DNA of 63,912 nucleotides, counting the filler, from Octopus bimaculoides (taxonomy: Eukaryota), in NCBI RefSeq assembly GCF_001194135.2. It is 6 parts of 6 records of this genome, joined end to end, with 100 filler letters (N's around TTAATTAATTAA, not from the genome) between each part and the next. Parts side by side here need not be neighbours in the genome. Positions count along the whole stretch, not along the records: positions 1 to 21,157 come from NC_068990.1; positions 21,258 to 30,481 come from NC_069001.1; 4 more parts are not named here. One strand, written 5' to 3'. The notes beneath the pieces were generated by a model. It was not told where the DNA came from. It searched no databases and worked only from the letters and a program-made list of their open reading frames with translations. Positions 15,116-26,896 of the stretch are shown here, piece by piece. The position numbers and the translations under genes were made by a program. How positions within the stretch are numbered: the first letter of the stretch is position 1; each line of letters starts with the position of its first letter.

Positions 15116-15742
15116 AAATATAGCTGTATAATTTTGCAGTGAGTACTATTATCATGAGTATTCGTACATGCAAATATTTGTGTTTAAAATTAATTATGGA
15201 ACTAACGATTATTAAAATGATCTGTATATTTAGCTTATACCATTGGGAAGGAACGTTTGAATCATGTTTCTTGCCTGTATTCGTATATAAACCTGGGGCG
15301 TGTGCCATAGAAATGAGAAGTATATTTGAATTAAGTTCATACCATTTATGTAATTTTCTCTGTATATGAAATCAGAAACTTCCAGAATTTTGTTTAATCA
15401 TTTGGTGTATTGGTATGAGGTATATCCATGAACTTCGCTCTCTCAGCTAATACTCGAGACCTGTAATATCAACATGGTTTATGTTTTTAACAATTGCAAG
15501 ATGTTGGCCGTGAGTGAATTCCTATAAGCGGAGAAAACAGTGGCGATAATAGTTAGAGCGGGGTCATGGGAAAGCTATAATGGAAGCCAGAGGATGATTC
15601 ACATGTAATTTAGTGTTATAAGGATTCCATGGAATTAACCAGACCTTAGAAAGCGGAGGGTACTCAATATAGCTGTGGCTGAAGAATCAACCACAAGTTG
15701 AGGGAGAAGAAGACATGTGCGAGGACCAGATGTCTTAACCTC

Positions 15743-15806
<64 letters not shown>

Positions 15807-16728
15807 NNNNNNNNNNNNNNNNNNNNNNNNNNNNNNNNNNNNNNNNNNNNNNNNNNNNNNNNNNNNNNNNNNNNNNNNNNNNNNNNNNNNNNNNNNNNNN
15901 NNNNNNNNNNNNNNNNNNNNNNNNNNNNNNNNNNNNNNNNNNNNNNNNNNNNNNNNNNNNNNNNNNNNNNNNNNNNNNNNNNNNNNNNNNNNNNNNNNNN
16001 NNNNNNNNNNNNNNNNNNNNNNNNNNNNNNNNNNNNNNNNNNNNNNNNNNNNNNNNNNNNNNNNNNNNNNNNNNNNNNNNNNNNNNNNNNNNNNNNNNNN
16101 NNNNNNNNNNNNNNNNNNNNNNNNNNNNNNNNNNNNNNNNNNNNNNNNNNNNNNNNNNNNNNNNNNNNNNNNNNNNNNNNNNNNNNNNNNNNNNNNNNNN
16201 NNNNNNNNNNNNNNNNNNNNNNNNNNNNNNNNNNNNNNNNNNNNNNNNNNNNNNNNNNNNNNNNNNNNNNNNNNNNNNNNNNNNNNNNNNNNNNNNNNNN
16301 NNNNNNNNNNNNNNNNNNNNNNNNNNNNNNNNNNNNNNNNNNNNNNNNNNNNNNNNNNNNNNNNNNNNNNNNNNNNNNNNNNNNNNNNNNNNNNNNNNNN
16401 NNNNNNNNNNNNNNNNNNNNNNNNNNNNNNNNNNNNNNNNNNNNNNNNNNNNNNNNNNNNNNNNNNNNNNNNNNNNNNNNNNNNNNNNNNNNNNNNNNNN
16501 NNNNNNNNNNNNNNNNNNNNNNNNNNNNNNNNNNNNNNNNNNNNNNNNNNNNNNNNNNNNNNNNNNNNNNNNNNNNNNNNNNNNNNNNNNNNNNNNNNNN
16601 NNNNNNNNNNNNNNNNNNNNNNNNNNNNNNNNNNNNNNNNNNNNNNNNNNNNNNNNNNNNNNNNNNNNNNNNNNNNNNNNNNNNNNNNNNNNNNNNNNNN
16701 NNNNNNNNNNNNNNNNNNNNNNNNNNNN

Positions 16729-16775
<47 letters not shown>

Positions 16776-17591
16776 ATTTGCGTGTGTGTGTGTGTGCGTT
16801 TGCGCGCGTGTGTGTGTGTGCGTTTGCGTCGATACGTGTGACTAGGTGTGTGCGTATCTCTGTAAGTTTGCTTTTGAGTTTGCAGTTGCCTTCGCATGTA
16901 TTTCGTTATAAAAGACATTTCAAACTGCACACGCTTTTAAAATTATAACATGGCTTCATTTCTAAAACCATCCCTGCGAACGTCTCCGTTATATATTTAT
17001 CTACTTTTATTTCATTCATTCATCAATTCATTCAGCCTCTCTTTCTCAAATTTTGCCTTTTTTTCTCCTTTCACTATATATATATCTATTTGTTGTTCAG
17101 AGACAGAAATTATATATGAAATGTCATTCAATAAAAAGACACTGAGATAGCTAAAGACAAGTAAATTTTACTGAAAGTAATGAAGTGTCACATCAAACGT
17201 TTATATTTATTAAAATTACGCGAAAGTATGGTAAGTGGAAACTTCAAACAAATCCAAAATACTAAATAAAAAAAAAACGGGCAGTTGTTATATAAATATA
17301 TCAATAATAATAGTTAGACGCATAAATGCCCATAATGTGGCTGCGTTTATATATCGGTGTGAGAGTGAGTGTGTGTACGTGTGCATGTATGTGTGAAGAG
17401 AGAAAGAGAGAGAAAAATCTTAACAGAAACAACTACAATAGCAATGATAAAAACAACAATAATAATAATGTTTCCCTTTATGTTGTATAGTGGATCATAC
17501 GTTTATATATGTTACCGAAAAGGTTTATAGGCTGTGAGAAGTGTCTCCATGGTTATTTAAAAATGAGGTTTGCAATGCAAACGATTAACAC

Positions 17592-17700
17592 TACTCTTTT
17601 ACTTGTTTCAGTCATTTGACTGCGGCTATGCTGGAGCACNNNNNNNNNNAAGATACTTGCCCAAGGTGCCACGCAGTGGGAATGAACCTGGAACCATGTT
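17592..17700 (-). mobile_element. SINE family C fragments spanning a small gap
   Basis: CTTTTACTTGTTTCAGTCATTTGACTGCGGC (tail) and CCCAAGGTGCCACGCAGTGGG (head). Confidence 0.75.
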
Positions 17701-17882
17701 GATGAAATTGGTGTGGAACTGGATTAATGCCTTATTTATTGAAGTTGCTAGGAGGGAATATAACATTGACAGCTACAGACATATAAATCAGAGAATAAAG
17801 AGCTACAACAAATATTGTAGATTATTTTCCATTTGCGCGAGTGAGTCTGCCAGATCGTTGCTCTTACCACACAGAATTATAT

Positions 17883-17884
<2 letters not shown>

Positions 17885-17938
<54 letters not shown>

Positions 17939-18131
17939 TAATAATAATATGGTTTCTTAAACATTCTCTAGAACAACACTATGTACAAATCCAAATATAT
18001 GGTACCCTAGGCATAACACCTACATGAACTTCTAACTTGTCTTTTGAGGTCTCTGGGTGAGACTTGGATCCAACTTGTACAAATGCAAATCAAAAGTGAA
18101 ACATAAAATAACAATAATAATAATAATAATG

Positions 18132-18183
<52 letters not shown>

Positions 18184-18201
18184 TGATGATGATGATGATG
18201 A
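17885..18201. repeat. (AAT)n tracts flanking a retroposon 3' end, followed by (GAT)n
   Basis: Directly visible. Confidence 0.95.
17951..18107 (+). mobile_element. 3' end of a probable R4/Dong-clade non-LTR element inside (AAT)n
   Basis: About 95% identical to the minus-strand copy at 33120-33278 (6 substitutions plus a 3-bp indel); both end in (AAT)n; GAGGTCTCTGGGTGAGACTTG resembles R4-type 3' UTR motifs (from memory). Confidence 0.6.
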
Positions 18202-19464
18202 TTAATTAATTAATTACTTATCACAGGAATGATAGTAAGGATATATATGATTTAGACAGTGGTAGTGTTGCGAATGTAGAGTGATATTTGTAGAAGACGT
18301 GTATTATTTAATTGCATTTTTTTTTTTTTGATAGAAATGACATCGCTAGGAATATTGGTAAAGCGGTAAAAGTAATGCTGCTGACAGTGCTGGTGATGTT
18401 GTTGGTAGTATTGATGAACATCATGCTGAGAGTGCAGATGTTGCAGCTAGAGAGGAAATGATGTAGAATCCCTGAATCTGAAACCAATGACAAACACCAT
18501 CCCGCGAGGACTTATAAATAATTAATGCGATAAAATGGAAGGCAAAAGACAGAGAACAAACAAAACATACAGCTTCTGATAAAACTAGCTGAAAGGCATA
18601 TGTAAGATGGAAATAGAAATATTCAGACCTTAATATTGATAGATAAGAATATGAGAAATGAAGAAGATCGAAAGATTTCAAAATACAAAATACGGAAAAT
18701 GTATGTACACTTTGATAGGAATATATACTATCGGGTTAGCTTGAATGGAGATAGAGTAATCCGTTAGAACGCCCTAGAGTATTTCTCCTATTTCTTGCAT
18801 CTTAAAACAAGTCGAAATGTTATTTAATTACATTAATCTTCATGAATTTAGAAATGAAAAAGTGCGATTTCAAAATTAAAGAGGAGGCGTACAGATACGT
18901 TGGCAATTAAAACTAATTGTTATACATGAAAGCAGCCATGTAGACTAATATGAATTAAACAGAAGACTTTTAAGCATATCTATATATATATAACTTTAAA
19001 AAAAATTGTTCTACTTCCGACGGCGAAAAGATTTGTACTCAATATGGAGACAGAATAGTCCACTTTTTACTTCATAATTATTTTATTGAAGTTGAATAAA
19101 TGCTTAAGAGCCTTTGGTTCCTTTTCTCTATGTCAATCATTTCAGATATATCCAAGGCTCGAATATAAATGAATTACATTAAATATGATAGTATTCTCAA
19201 CATGGCAGTACCGCAAGAAAGAATTACATGACCATTGGTAAACCTTGCTGTGTATATACACTTTTTCTTACTTTCCGAGATGTAACATCACTGACGGCAA
19301 CTCTGAATTTACACTGTTGGCTTCTATGAAATAAGAAGTTGTTATTACACTGAGTCGATTTAATTGACTAAGCCTCCTCCCTCGTTCCTCTGGATATGTC
19401 GGTTTGGGGGCCCATACTAAACGGGATTGTTTTGTGAAATCTGAGAATTTTAACACCTAATACT

Positions 19465-19632
19465 GTTGCCGGTAGAGTCGTTAGCGCCCCGGTTAAAATA
19501 CTTAGAGGCATTTCGTCCATCTTTACATTTTGAGTTCGAATTCCGCCAAGGTCGAATTTGCCTTTTATCATTTGGGAACCGATAAAATAAGTACTATTTG
19601 AATACTGGTATCGAATCTTACCCACTCCTCCG
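19465..19632 (+). mobile_element. SINE family B, degenerate
   Basis: GGTAGAGTCGTTAGC...GAGTTCGAATTCCGCCAAGGTCGAATTTGCC...GATAAAATAAGTAC. Confidence 0.75.
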
Positions 19633-19924
19633 ACATTGTTGAACTTGTTACCAACCCTAACCCTAACCCTAATTCTAATTTATTCCTGTAAATAAAACCT
19701 TTTATAATAACGACTTCTGTATGCTTGCGAGGATTTTTAATTATCAACAACTGCAATAATTGTTATATTTATTTAGTCAAGATTTAAAAAGCTTGACTAA
19801 AAATATCACACGACATGGGTTAAATAGTATACATAACATGGTCCAGATTCGATAATTGAGTGTCTGATGAGCTGAGTGGTGTGACTGAGATTTTAATTCT
19901 CATTATATAATATGCTATAGCACA

Positions 19925-19960
19925 TTAGGCCTCATCCAGCTATAGCTGGATGAGGCCTAA
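19925..19960. repeat. Perfect 36-bp palindrome with no spacer
   Basis: TTAGGCCTCATCCAGCTATAGCTGGATGAGGCCTAA equals its own reverse complement. Confidence 0.98.
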
Positions 19961-20342
19961 GGACAGTTGCATTAGTGTTATAACACGTCCCCTCATTTAT
20001 ACTACAAACGGAGTGTGTCCAGCGAAAGTCTTCCTCGACAATGCGATAATTTGAACTGTGATCGTTTCATTTTCCATTTTACTGTGAATATGATTTATTC
20101 ACTACGTTATCACTGAACTATTGATCTTTCTATAGTTAATCTTGGAAATATTGTCGATAATATATCCAACTAATGTTGATATGAACAATGAAATTGTAAT
20201 AGTTTCTATTTTTACTATAACCATAACAAAACCTATACAATTCGTATTTTAACTCGGCAGACATTTATTTACAATAGTCACTCTTTGTGTTTCGTATATC
20301 GTGAAATGTGTGTGACGGTGTATAACACCCTTAGATCGTTTC

Positions 20343-20373
<31 letters not shown>

Positions 20374-21112
20374 NNNNNNNNNNNNNNNNNNNNNNNNNNN
20401 NNNNNNNNNNNNNNNNNNNNNNNNNNNNNNNNNNNNNNNNNNNNNNNNNNNNNNNNNNNNNNNNNNNNNNNNNNNNNNNNNNNNNNNNNNNNNNNNNNNN
20501 NNNNNNNNNNNNNNNNNNNNNNNNNNNNNNNNNNNNNNNNNNNNNNNNNNNNNNNNNNNNNNNNNNNNNNNNNNNNNNNNNNNNNNNNNNNNNNNNNNNN
20601 NNNNNNNNNNNNNNNNNNNNNNNNNNNNNNNNNNNNNNNNNNNNNNNNNNNNNNNNNNNNNNNNNNNNNNNNNNNNNNNNNNNNTATATAACTGTAGATT
20701 TGTTTTCAATGCTGATCTAACTCCGCTAAATTATTCTCGTTTATTCTTATTGAATTGATAAATACTCGTGACTTCCAAATATCTTGTTGATTTATTTTGG
20801 TTTGGTCTGTACAGGAAGAGGTTGTGATTATTTGGCACCGCCATGCTTTTCGAAACCAGTGAGGTTGATGAGCGAGTCTTCGAGGACGGCATGCAATCAC
20901 ATGAGTGATTTTATGGGAAATCACAGTTCCTCCATTAAAAAGTTTATATATTAATCATTACGCGTTAGGCATTGCAAACGGCAAGCAATTTCATGAAAGT
21001 TGAATTATTTATATAAGTTGCGGTTTTTCCTTGTTATTTGCAAATATTACGTTTCTTTACGCATATCACTTTTTTCTGTCTGCACCCAACAACATTTTGT
21101 CAATTACCATCC

Positions 21113-21157
<45 letters not shown>

Positions 21158-21257
21158 NNNNNNNNNNNNNNNNNNNNNNNNNNNNNNNNNNNNNNNNNNN
21201 NTTAATTAATTAANNNNNNNNNNNNNNNNNNNNNNNNNNNNNNNNNNNNNNNNNNNN
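21158..21257. other. Artificial 100-bp contig spacer (44 N + TTAATTAATTAA + 44 N); also at 30482-30581, 33279-33378, 59586-59685 and 62218-62317
   Basis: Identical 44/12/44 geometry five times; the 12-mer gives stop codons in all six frames. Confidence 0.95.
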
Positions 21258-21276
21258 ATACTATGGAGTGTTGGGT

Positions 21277-21652
21277 AACAATCCGATTATATAACCTTAC
21301 GCTCATCAGAGTTAGCTGATATGGAAGGGAATATGGTGATTGCTCTCTATTATCAGAAGTGGATTAACGCAATCGGTTTGCGGCTGCTGTGAAAGGTGGT
21401 GAAATGAAAAAGGGCCAGAGGATTAGGCTAGGAGTTATGTCCCTTGGTTGGGTACGCTACTGGCCTTACAGCATATGCAACCAAGGGACATAACTCCAAG
21501 CCTAATCCCCTGGCCTTTTTCATTTCACTACCTTTTCCACAGCAGCCGCAAACTGGTTGTGTTATTCCATGTCCAACAATAGAGAGCAGTCGCCATATTC
21601 CCTTCCATATCGGCTAACTCTGATGAGTGTAAGGTTATGTAATTGGATTGTT
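21277..21652. mobile_element. Fold-back/MITE-like long inverted repeat (~175-bp arms, 27-nt loop)
   Basis: Arm 21277-21450 is the reverse complement of 21478-21652; mismatches are mostly transitions. Confidence 0.85.
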
Positions 21653-22449
21653 CCTTGTGCAAAACCGATTGGTAAGATCAGCCATGATGGATATATAATA
21701 CTATACATTTTGGATAATATATTATATGCACGCACACACACACACACACACACACAAATGTACACGTGTATATCTATTTATGTTTGCATGCATGCTTATA
21801 TGAATGCATACATACACATGCTATGATGAATGAACATCACAAATTAATTTACTTACATTATATTTTATAAAAAATGTTTTTGTTTTTGTTTGTTATTGAT
21901 TCTTACATTTGTAAAAAATAGACATAGGAGAGAGACATATCATTAGTCATGAGAAAAACAGGTACCCTCCACTTATGATCCAGCCCCTCTTAATACTTCT
22001 CTCCCTGTGAATTCTTGATGGTCATGGCAAAGCATACTGACTGGGAATGGCAGCCCTTTTAAATTCCATGGGGTATTACTGGGAGGTGTTGAAATTCTTG
22101 TGATAAACACATCCTCATCAATAGCAGCACAGTCTGTCAGTATTGTGGCTTCAATCAAATTAAGTTGTTTGATTAATAACCTCGTGCCATTGGATAAACT
22201 TGGAGCAGCCAACTTACTAAAGAGAAAAAGTAGCGATCCTTTCTTTAATATGAGTCTGTGATGTGACACACCTGTTAGCTCCCAGTTATTGGGGAACTCT
22301 TCAGTGTGAGCAGTTTGCTGCTTCTTTGGGATCTAAAAGTGTCTACAGATTTTAGACTAATTCCTTTCCATGCAGGCGTAGGACCTTCCCACCACAACAG
22401 AATTGAAATCCTAAAACCAAAGTGTTGTATAAAAAGTACTGGTGCTGTT

Positions 22450-22655
22450 TCCATGTAAAAAGCACTCTTGTTGGTGCCAATACACTCTGTGAAATGGTTG
22501 GTATTTAGAAGAGCATCCAGCTGTAGAAACCAAGCCAGAACAGAGTATGGAACCTGGTGCATCTCCTTGCCTTGCCAGATCCTGTCATGCCATGCCAGCA
22601 TGGAAAACAGGAGTTAAATGTAGATGATGATAATGATCATCATCATCATCATCAT
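22450..22655 (+). mobile_element. RTE-type LINE 3' UTR fragment (older copy), (GAT)n/(CAT)n tail
   Basis: GCATCCAGCTGTAGAAAC...CCATGCCAGCATGGAAAAC...GTTAAA; homologous to 41390-41559. Confidence 0.7.
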
Positions 22656-23041
22656 TATAACAGCTAGATGAGAGTTTATTTTCCTTAAGGTAAGCTCTTA
22701 TGTTTGTTTTCAGTTTTAAGTTTCTTTTAAGATTTGATCAGCACTTGTACTCTTTGGGATCACTGGAAGTGTCTAATGAAAGTCTTCTGTGAAGATTACT
22801 GTTATTCTACCAAAAGGAGAATTTGTTCCCCTGATATTCCTAACAAATTGATCAAAGGTCTCAGAAGTAACTCTGAGACATTAGTGCACTCATTACAGAT
22901 TATCATCAAACACCATTTCAGCACTTTTGCTGCTCCTGTTCCTTTTGTTAGTGTAACAGGTTGCTGTGTCATTGATGGTCAGGTTGAATAAAAGAATGAA
23001 AAAAAAAATGCTGAACTGTTTTACCTCCAGACATAAAATAC

Positions 23042-23286
23042 ACCATCTTGAGCATGGCCGTTGCCAGTACCACCTGACTGGCCTTCGTGCGGGTAACACG
23101 TAAAAGCACCCACTACACTCTATGAGTGGTTGGCGTTAGGAAGGGCATCCAGCCGTAGAAACTCTGCCAAATCAGATTGGAGCCTGGTGTAGCCATCTGG
23201 TTCACCAGTCCTCAGTCAAATCATCCAACCCATGCTAGCATGGAAAGCGGACGTTAAACAACGATGATGATGATGATGATGATGAC
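23042..23286 (+). mobile_element. RTE-type LINE 3' UTR fragment (young copy), (GAT)n tail
   Basis: Nearly identical to 34022-34240; homologous to the 3' UTR behind the RTE ORF end at 40971-41111. Confidence 0.85.
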
Positions 23287-23907
23287 ATTAAAACATCAGC
23301 AATATTTAATTATGTAACTGCCACAGAAATGTTCCCATGTTTCCTTACATCAACCATCAAAATAGTCTTTCTTGTTCCTCCAGATGCTTCAAAAAAGAAT
23401 ATTTCACCTTTTTTTTATATCCAAATATGACTTATTAGTTGTGTTGAAGGCTTTTTTTTTCTTTTTGATCATCAAAATAACTTTGGCTTACGTTCAGCCA
23501 TAAATTGAGTGAGAGAATTAGCATCATAATAAGTCACATGTTGAACCTTAATTTGGTAGTTGATTCCCTTGAGACTAGTGACTCCTTACACAAGCCATAT
23601 TTATGCACTTCATTACCACCCATCGTCAAATCTTGTCCTCACTACCAGTGGGAACTATGTTGAAGATTTAATCATTGAAATTAATCACAACATCAGGGTC
23701 ATGATATATTTAATATTTATAGTCTTCGGATTGGTTTCCTCTAATTTTAACCACAGATCATTTGGAGATGTCAATTCACATACTTTCACTAGGACTGCAA
23801 AGAGATCTTGCAGTTTTTAAGGGGATTATAAATCAGCTGCTTTCATCATTTTTGCTTTCCACTGACCATCATTTTGTAATTGAACACACCTGAAATATGT
23901 TTTTCTA

Positions 23908-24158
23908 TTTGTGATACTGTAGCATAGTGAGTGATGTGCCAGAGGTGAAGGTAAACATGAGGGGTGATTTTTTTTGCAAGTGAGATCAGAAAATAAAGTC
24001 GGTGTCTTAAACAGCCTCGCTTTTGAGGTTAATGACAATGGCAACAAGTTCTTGGTCAGCTTCAGTTGGTGACATCATAGGTGGTTACTTCCAGTGCATC
24101 ACCCCTACCATCTCCTTTCACTTCTGGCACATCACTCACTATGTCAAAGTGTCACAAA
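23908..24158. mobile_element. MITE-like inverted-repeat element inside the Helitron fossil
   Basis: CATAGTGAGTGATGTGCCAGAGGTGAAGG (23923-23951) pairs with 24115-24143 at 27/29, with weaker extension on both sides; no clear TSD. Confidence 0.6.
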
Positions 24159-24252
24159 CATGAACCATCCACTGTTTGGAACTGGTAATATAACGTTGGT
24201 CTTCTGACATCATGTAAGAACATCCTTAAATAGAGATAGTCCTACAAACTAT

Positions 24253-24636
24253 GTTGTTGGCACTCCGTCGCTTACGACATCGAGGGTTCCAGTTGATCCA
24301 ATCAACGGAACAGCCTGCTCATGAAATTAACGTGCAAGTGGCTGAGCACTCCACAGACAGGTGTACCCTTAACGTAGTTCTCGGGGATACTCAGCGTGAC
24401 ACAGTGTGACAAGGCTGACCCTTTGAATTACAGGTACAACAGAAACAGGAAGTAAGAGTGAGAGAAAGTTGTGGTGAAAGAGTACAGCAGGGTTCGCCAC
24501 CATCCCCTGCCGGAGCCTCGTGGAGCTTTAGGTGTTTTCGCTCAATAAACACTCACAACGCCCGGTCTGGGAATCGAAACTGCGATCCTATGACCGCGAG
24601 TCCGCTGCCCTAACCACTGGGCCATTGCACCTCCAC
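24253..24636 (-). mobile_element. SINE family A, full length, inserted in the Helitron
   Basis: Perfect 13-bp TSD TCCTACAAACTAT at 24240-24252 and 24637-24649. Confidence 0.95.
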
Positions 24637-25789
24637 TCCTACAAACTATAAGGAATTGCTTAGTCACTTCCCAAAGTGTAACCACAGTGTAATCTAATAT
24701 GTTTACAGCTTTCAATAGAAACCATTTTTTTCCTTCTTGATCATTTTGTTTTAACCTTTTCGTTCCAGGTTTGTTGGTCATGATATGGATAGTAAAGCTG
24801 TGTTTGAGCAAATGTATCGCCTTGGCAAAATAAAAAAAATTCTGTAGGTATTGCATCCATTGCAGCTGGAATTTGCTGCGTTACCGTTCTTATTTGGTAT
24901 TAATGTGCACGCAATAAGACATACAAAATGCAACGCATACACATACATCACAACATAAACACACTAAATGCAGAATATAGATGTGCACACACACTCACAC
25001 ATGCATGCACATGCATGCACACACACACATACAAATAGAAAAATATAGATTTTATAACAGATGATAACCATTTGTGATTACTGAAAAGAAAACAAACAGC
25101 ATACTGGCACATTGTTTAAATGTCTTTTTACCAAACATATTATTTTGAGCACAACAAATTATGTCTGTAGTCTGTAGTTGATGTCCTCTCATCTTCCCCT
25201 GCTTACACATAAACACACTGACACAGACACAATACAGAGAATATTTTTATACGAACCTAGGTTTTCAGTCAGTGATCTCTCACCACTCTTTTATTTTCTA
25301 TAATACTGTCTTTCTCTGTCTCATCCTTTCTTTTCTCTCCCCCCCCCTCCACACACAAGCTGTAATTCAATCAATCCAAAGTTGTACACACATACATACA
25401 ACACAAATATCTGTCTATCTATTGCAGAGCATAATATAAGTTTGCATTACATATAACAAACCAATGAGGAAACCTCTGTGCAGTTGCTCAATCTGCTAGA
25501 AATAACAATCAAATTGCATCCTGCCTTCTGAACCCTTTTCCTGTCCTGTGTACCACATGTAATACACAGGACATATTTCTCTGCATCTTATATGATTCCA
25601 ACCACCAGAAAAACTTTGGAGTTATGAAAGGAACACTTTACTTTACTCAGAATAAATGTATGAAACAAGGGTTAACTCGAAGTCTGGAAACAAGCACGGA
25701 CGTTTATGACCAGCTTATGAAAATAGGAACTTTGAAAGAAGTTTCTATAAAATTAATTTTAAGCATCAAATGGCTATGGGGGTCCAACA

Positions 25790-25843
25790 GAATAAAATAG
25801 TAATCAAAGGGGTCCATAGATAAAAAATGGTTGAGAACCCTTG
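25790..25843. mobile_element. Possible terminus of a hAT-type MITE
   Basis: Reverse complement CAAGGGTTCTCAACC...ATGGACCCC resembles CAGGGGTTCTCAACC termini; partner end not found. Confidence 0.3.
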
Positions 25844-26092
25844 GTTAAGGAGATCACCTTCGATGTGGTGCTGAGTGCACAGTATCTGCAAGGATGATCA
25901 CATTTGGAATGTCATTGCACATAGATTACTTCAATCAGAGCTAACCTCAAGGCAGACAATACTATTACAGACTATAACCCTTGTGACCAAAATATGTCAC
26001 AATTGTCCCAGAGGATTGAAGAACTTTTACCATTCCATTTTGATATAGCTGGACCATTCCTCACTAAATTCTCAATGTTATAGTCATATGAT

Positions 26093-26285
26093 CAAGAAGC
26101 TCTGTTTCACAGTACAAGATTCCAAATTTGATTCCACTGTATGGCACTTTTGGACAAGTGCCTTCTGTTATAGTCTAAGACTGACCAATATATTTGGGTG
26201 AGAAATTCAATGGATAATTCTGTAGATACCTATTGTATATGTGTGTGAGTGCATATGTGGGTGAATTAGTGTATGTGTGTATGTC
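26093..26285 (+). mobile_element. Old degenerate SINE-C-like head plus microsatellite
   Basis: GATTCCACTGTATGGCACTTTTGGACAAGTGCCTTCTGTTATAGTC followed by (TG)n. Confidence 0.5.
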
Positions 26286-26530
26286 TTAAATTGATGTATA
26301 TAAGTGAAGAATAAAAACAGCAATGAAGAACTGGTGCTATAGGAACAACATCCCTTGAGATGTTTGTTTTGCATCAAGTTACAAATACTCCTCTGCTACT
26401 GTCATCACCTGCAGAAATGCAAAGAATCAGTGACTGGCCCATTTGCAACTTATGGCCAACAACATAATATAAAATGAGTAAATTAATAAATGATAAGTCT
26501 TCTAGAAGATAAGTCCTTTACATGTGTGTA

Positions 26531-26678
26531 AATTTAAACAGCCACATCTGACCAAAATATTCTACCTGTTTTATGTTTAAATTGGCCAGATCCAGTCTCT
26601 CACACCTACCCTACAATGTCATTCTAAAAATAAACAATCACATCATCAGAATCTTGAAGCTATAAGACAATGCATTAT
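26531..26678 (+). mobile_element. Internal fragment of the TTAA-MITE family seen at 35209
   Basis: AAAATATTCTACCTGTTTTATG...CAGTCTCTCACACCTACCCTAC...AATCACATCATC shared with 35230-35360. Confidence 0.75.
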
Positions 26679-26762
26679 GTCAGCAGGAGTGCGGTGGGGT
26701 TACATCTTGCAGTTTGTTATAGAATTTTCTCTGAAACTTGGTTGATGCTGATTTTGTTGTAG

Positions 26763-26896
26763 ACTTTCCCATAAAATCAGACAAAAACTGTTTAGTGGAG
26801 AATTAGAAGTTAGAGAAAATGATGATGGAGAATTGGAAGCTGTATATGATTTCCTTGGAACTATCAGACAATATCTGCAAATTACCTTTGATAATG
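26763..26896 (+). CDS. Candidate internal coding exon of an unidentified host gene (3' end lost in gap)
   Basis: Acceptor CTGATTTTGTTGTAG with an in-frame stop just upstream, then open frame LSHKIRQKLFSGELEVRENDDGELEAVYDFLGTIRQYLQITFDN up to the N gap; no family recognised. Confidence 0.45.

Larger units (their letters stand above)
21975..24860 (-). pseudogene. Helitron Rep/PIF1-helicase fossil (many stops and frameshifts, nested insertions)
   Basis: Recovered peptides: DTFAQTQLYY...TWNEK; YLRMFLHDVRRPT; LQNDGQW...MKAA; LFAVLVKVCELTSPNDLW; Walker A remnant EASGGTRKT; IICNECT; PFGRITVIFTEDFH*TLPVIP; LILKKGS...SNGTRLLIKQLNLIEATILT...DVFITRI...LPFPV. All occur in Helitron order. Confidence 0.88.

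Noticed and set aside
14246-16948. Long ORFs of 237-431 aa (also 20285-20758, 26803-27789 and 43386-44092)
   Set aside because: They are mostly X residues from N gaps plus (CA)n/(TA)n translations
18470-18700. Possible very degenerate RLE-LINE remnant (…RKISKYK)
   Set aside because: Too decayed to translate convincingly
19655-19672. (CCCTAA)3 telomere-like repeat
   Set aside because: Only three units; such runs are common in repeat-rich invertebrate DNA and do not support a telomere-fusion claim
21973-22269. Possible host PIF1 helicase exon
   Set aside because: Intronless, collinear with upstream Helitron-specific motifs, and riddled with stops and insertions
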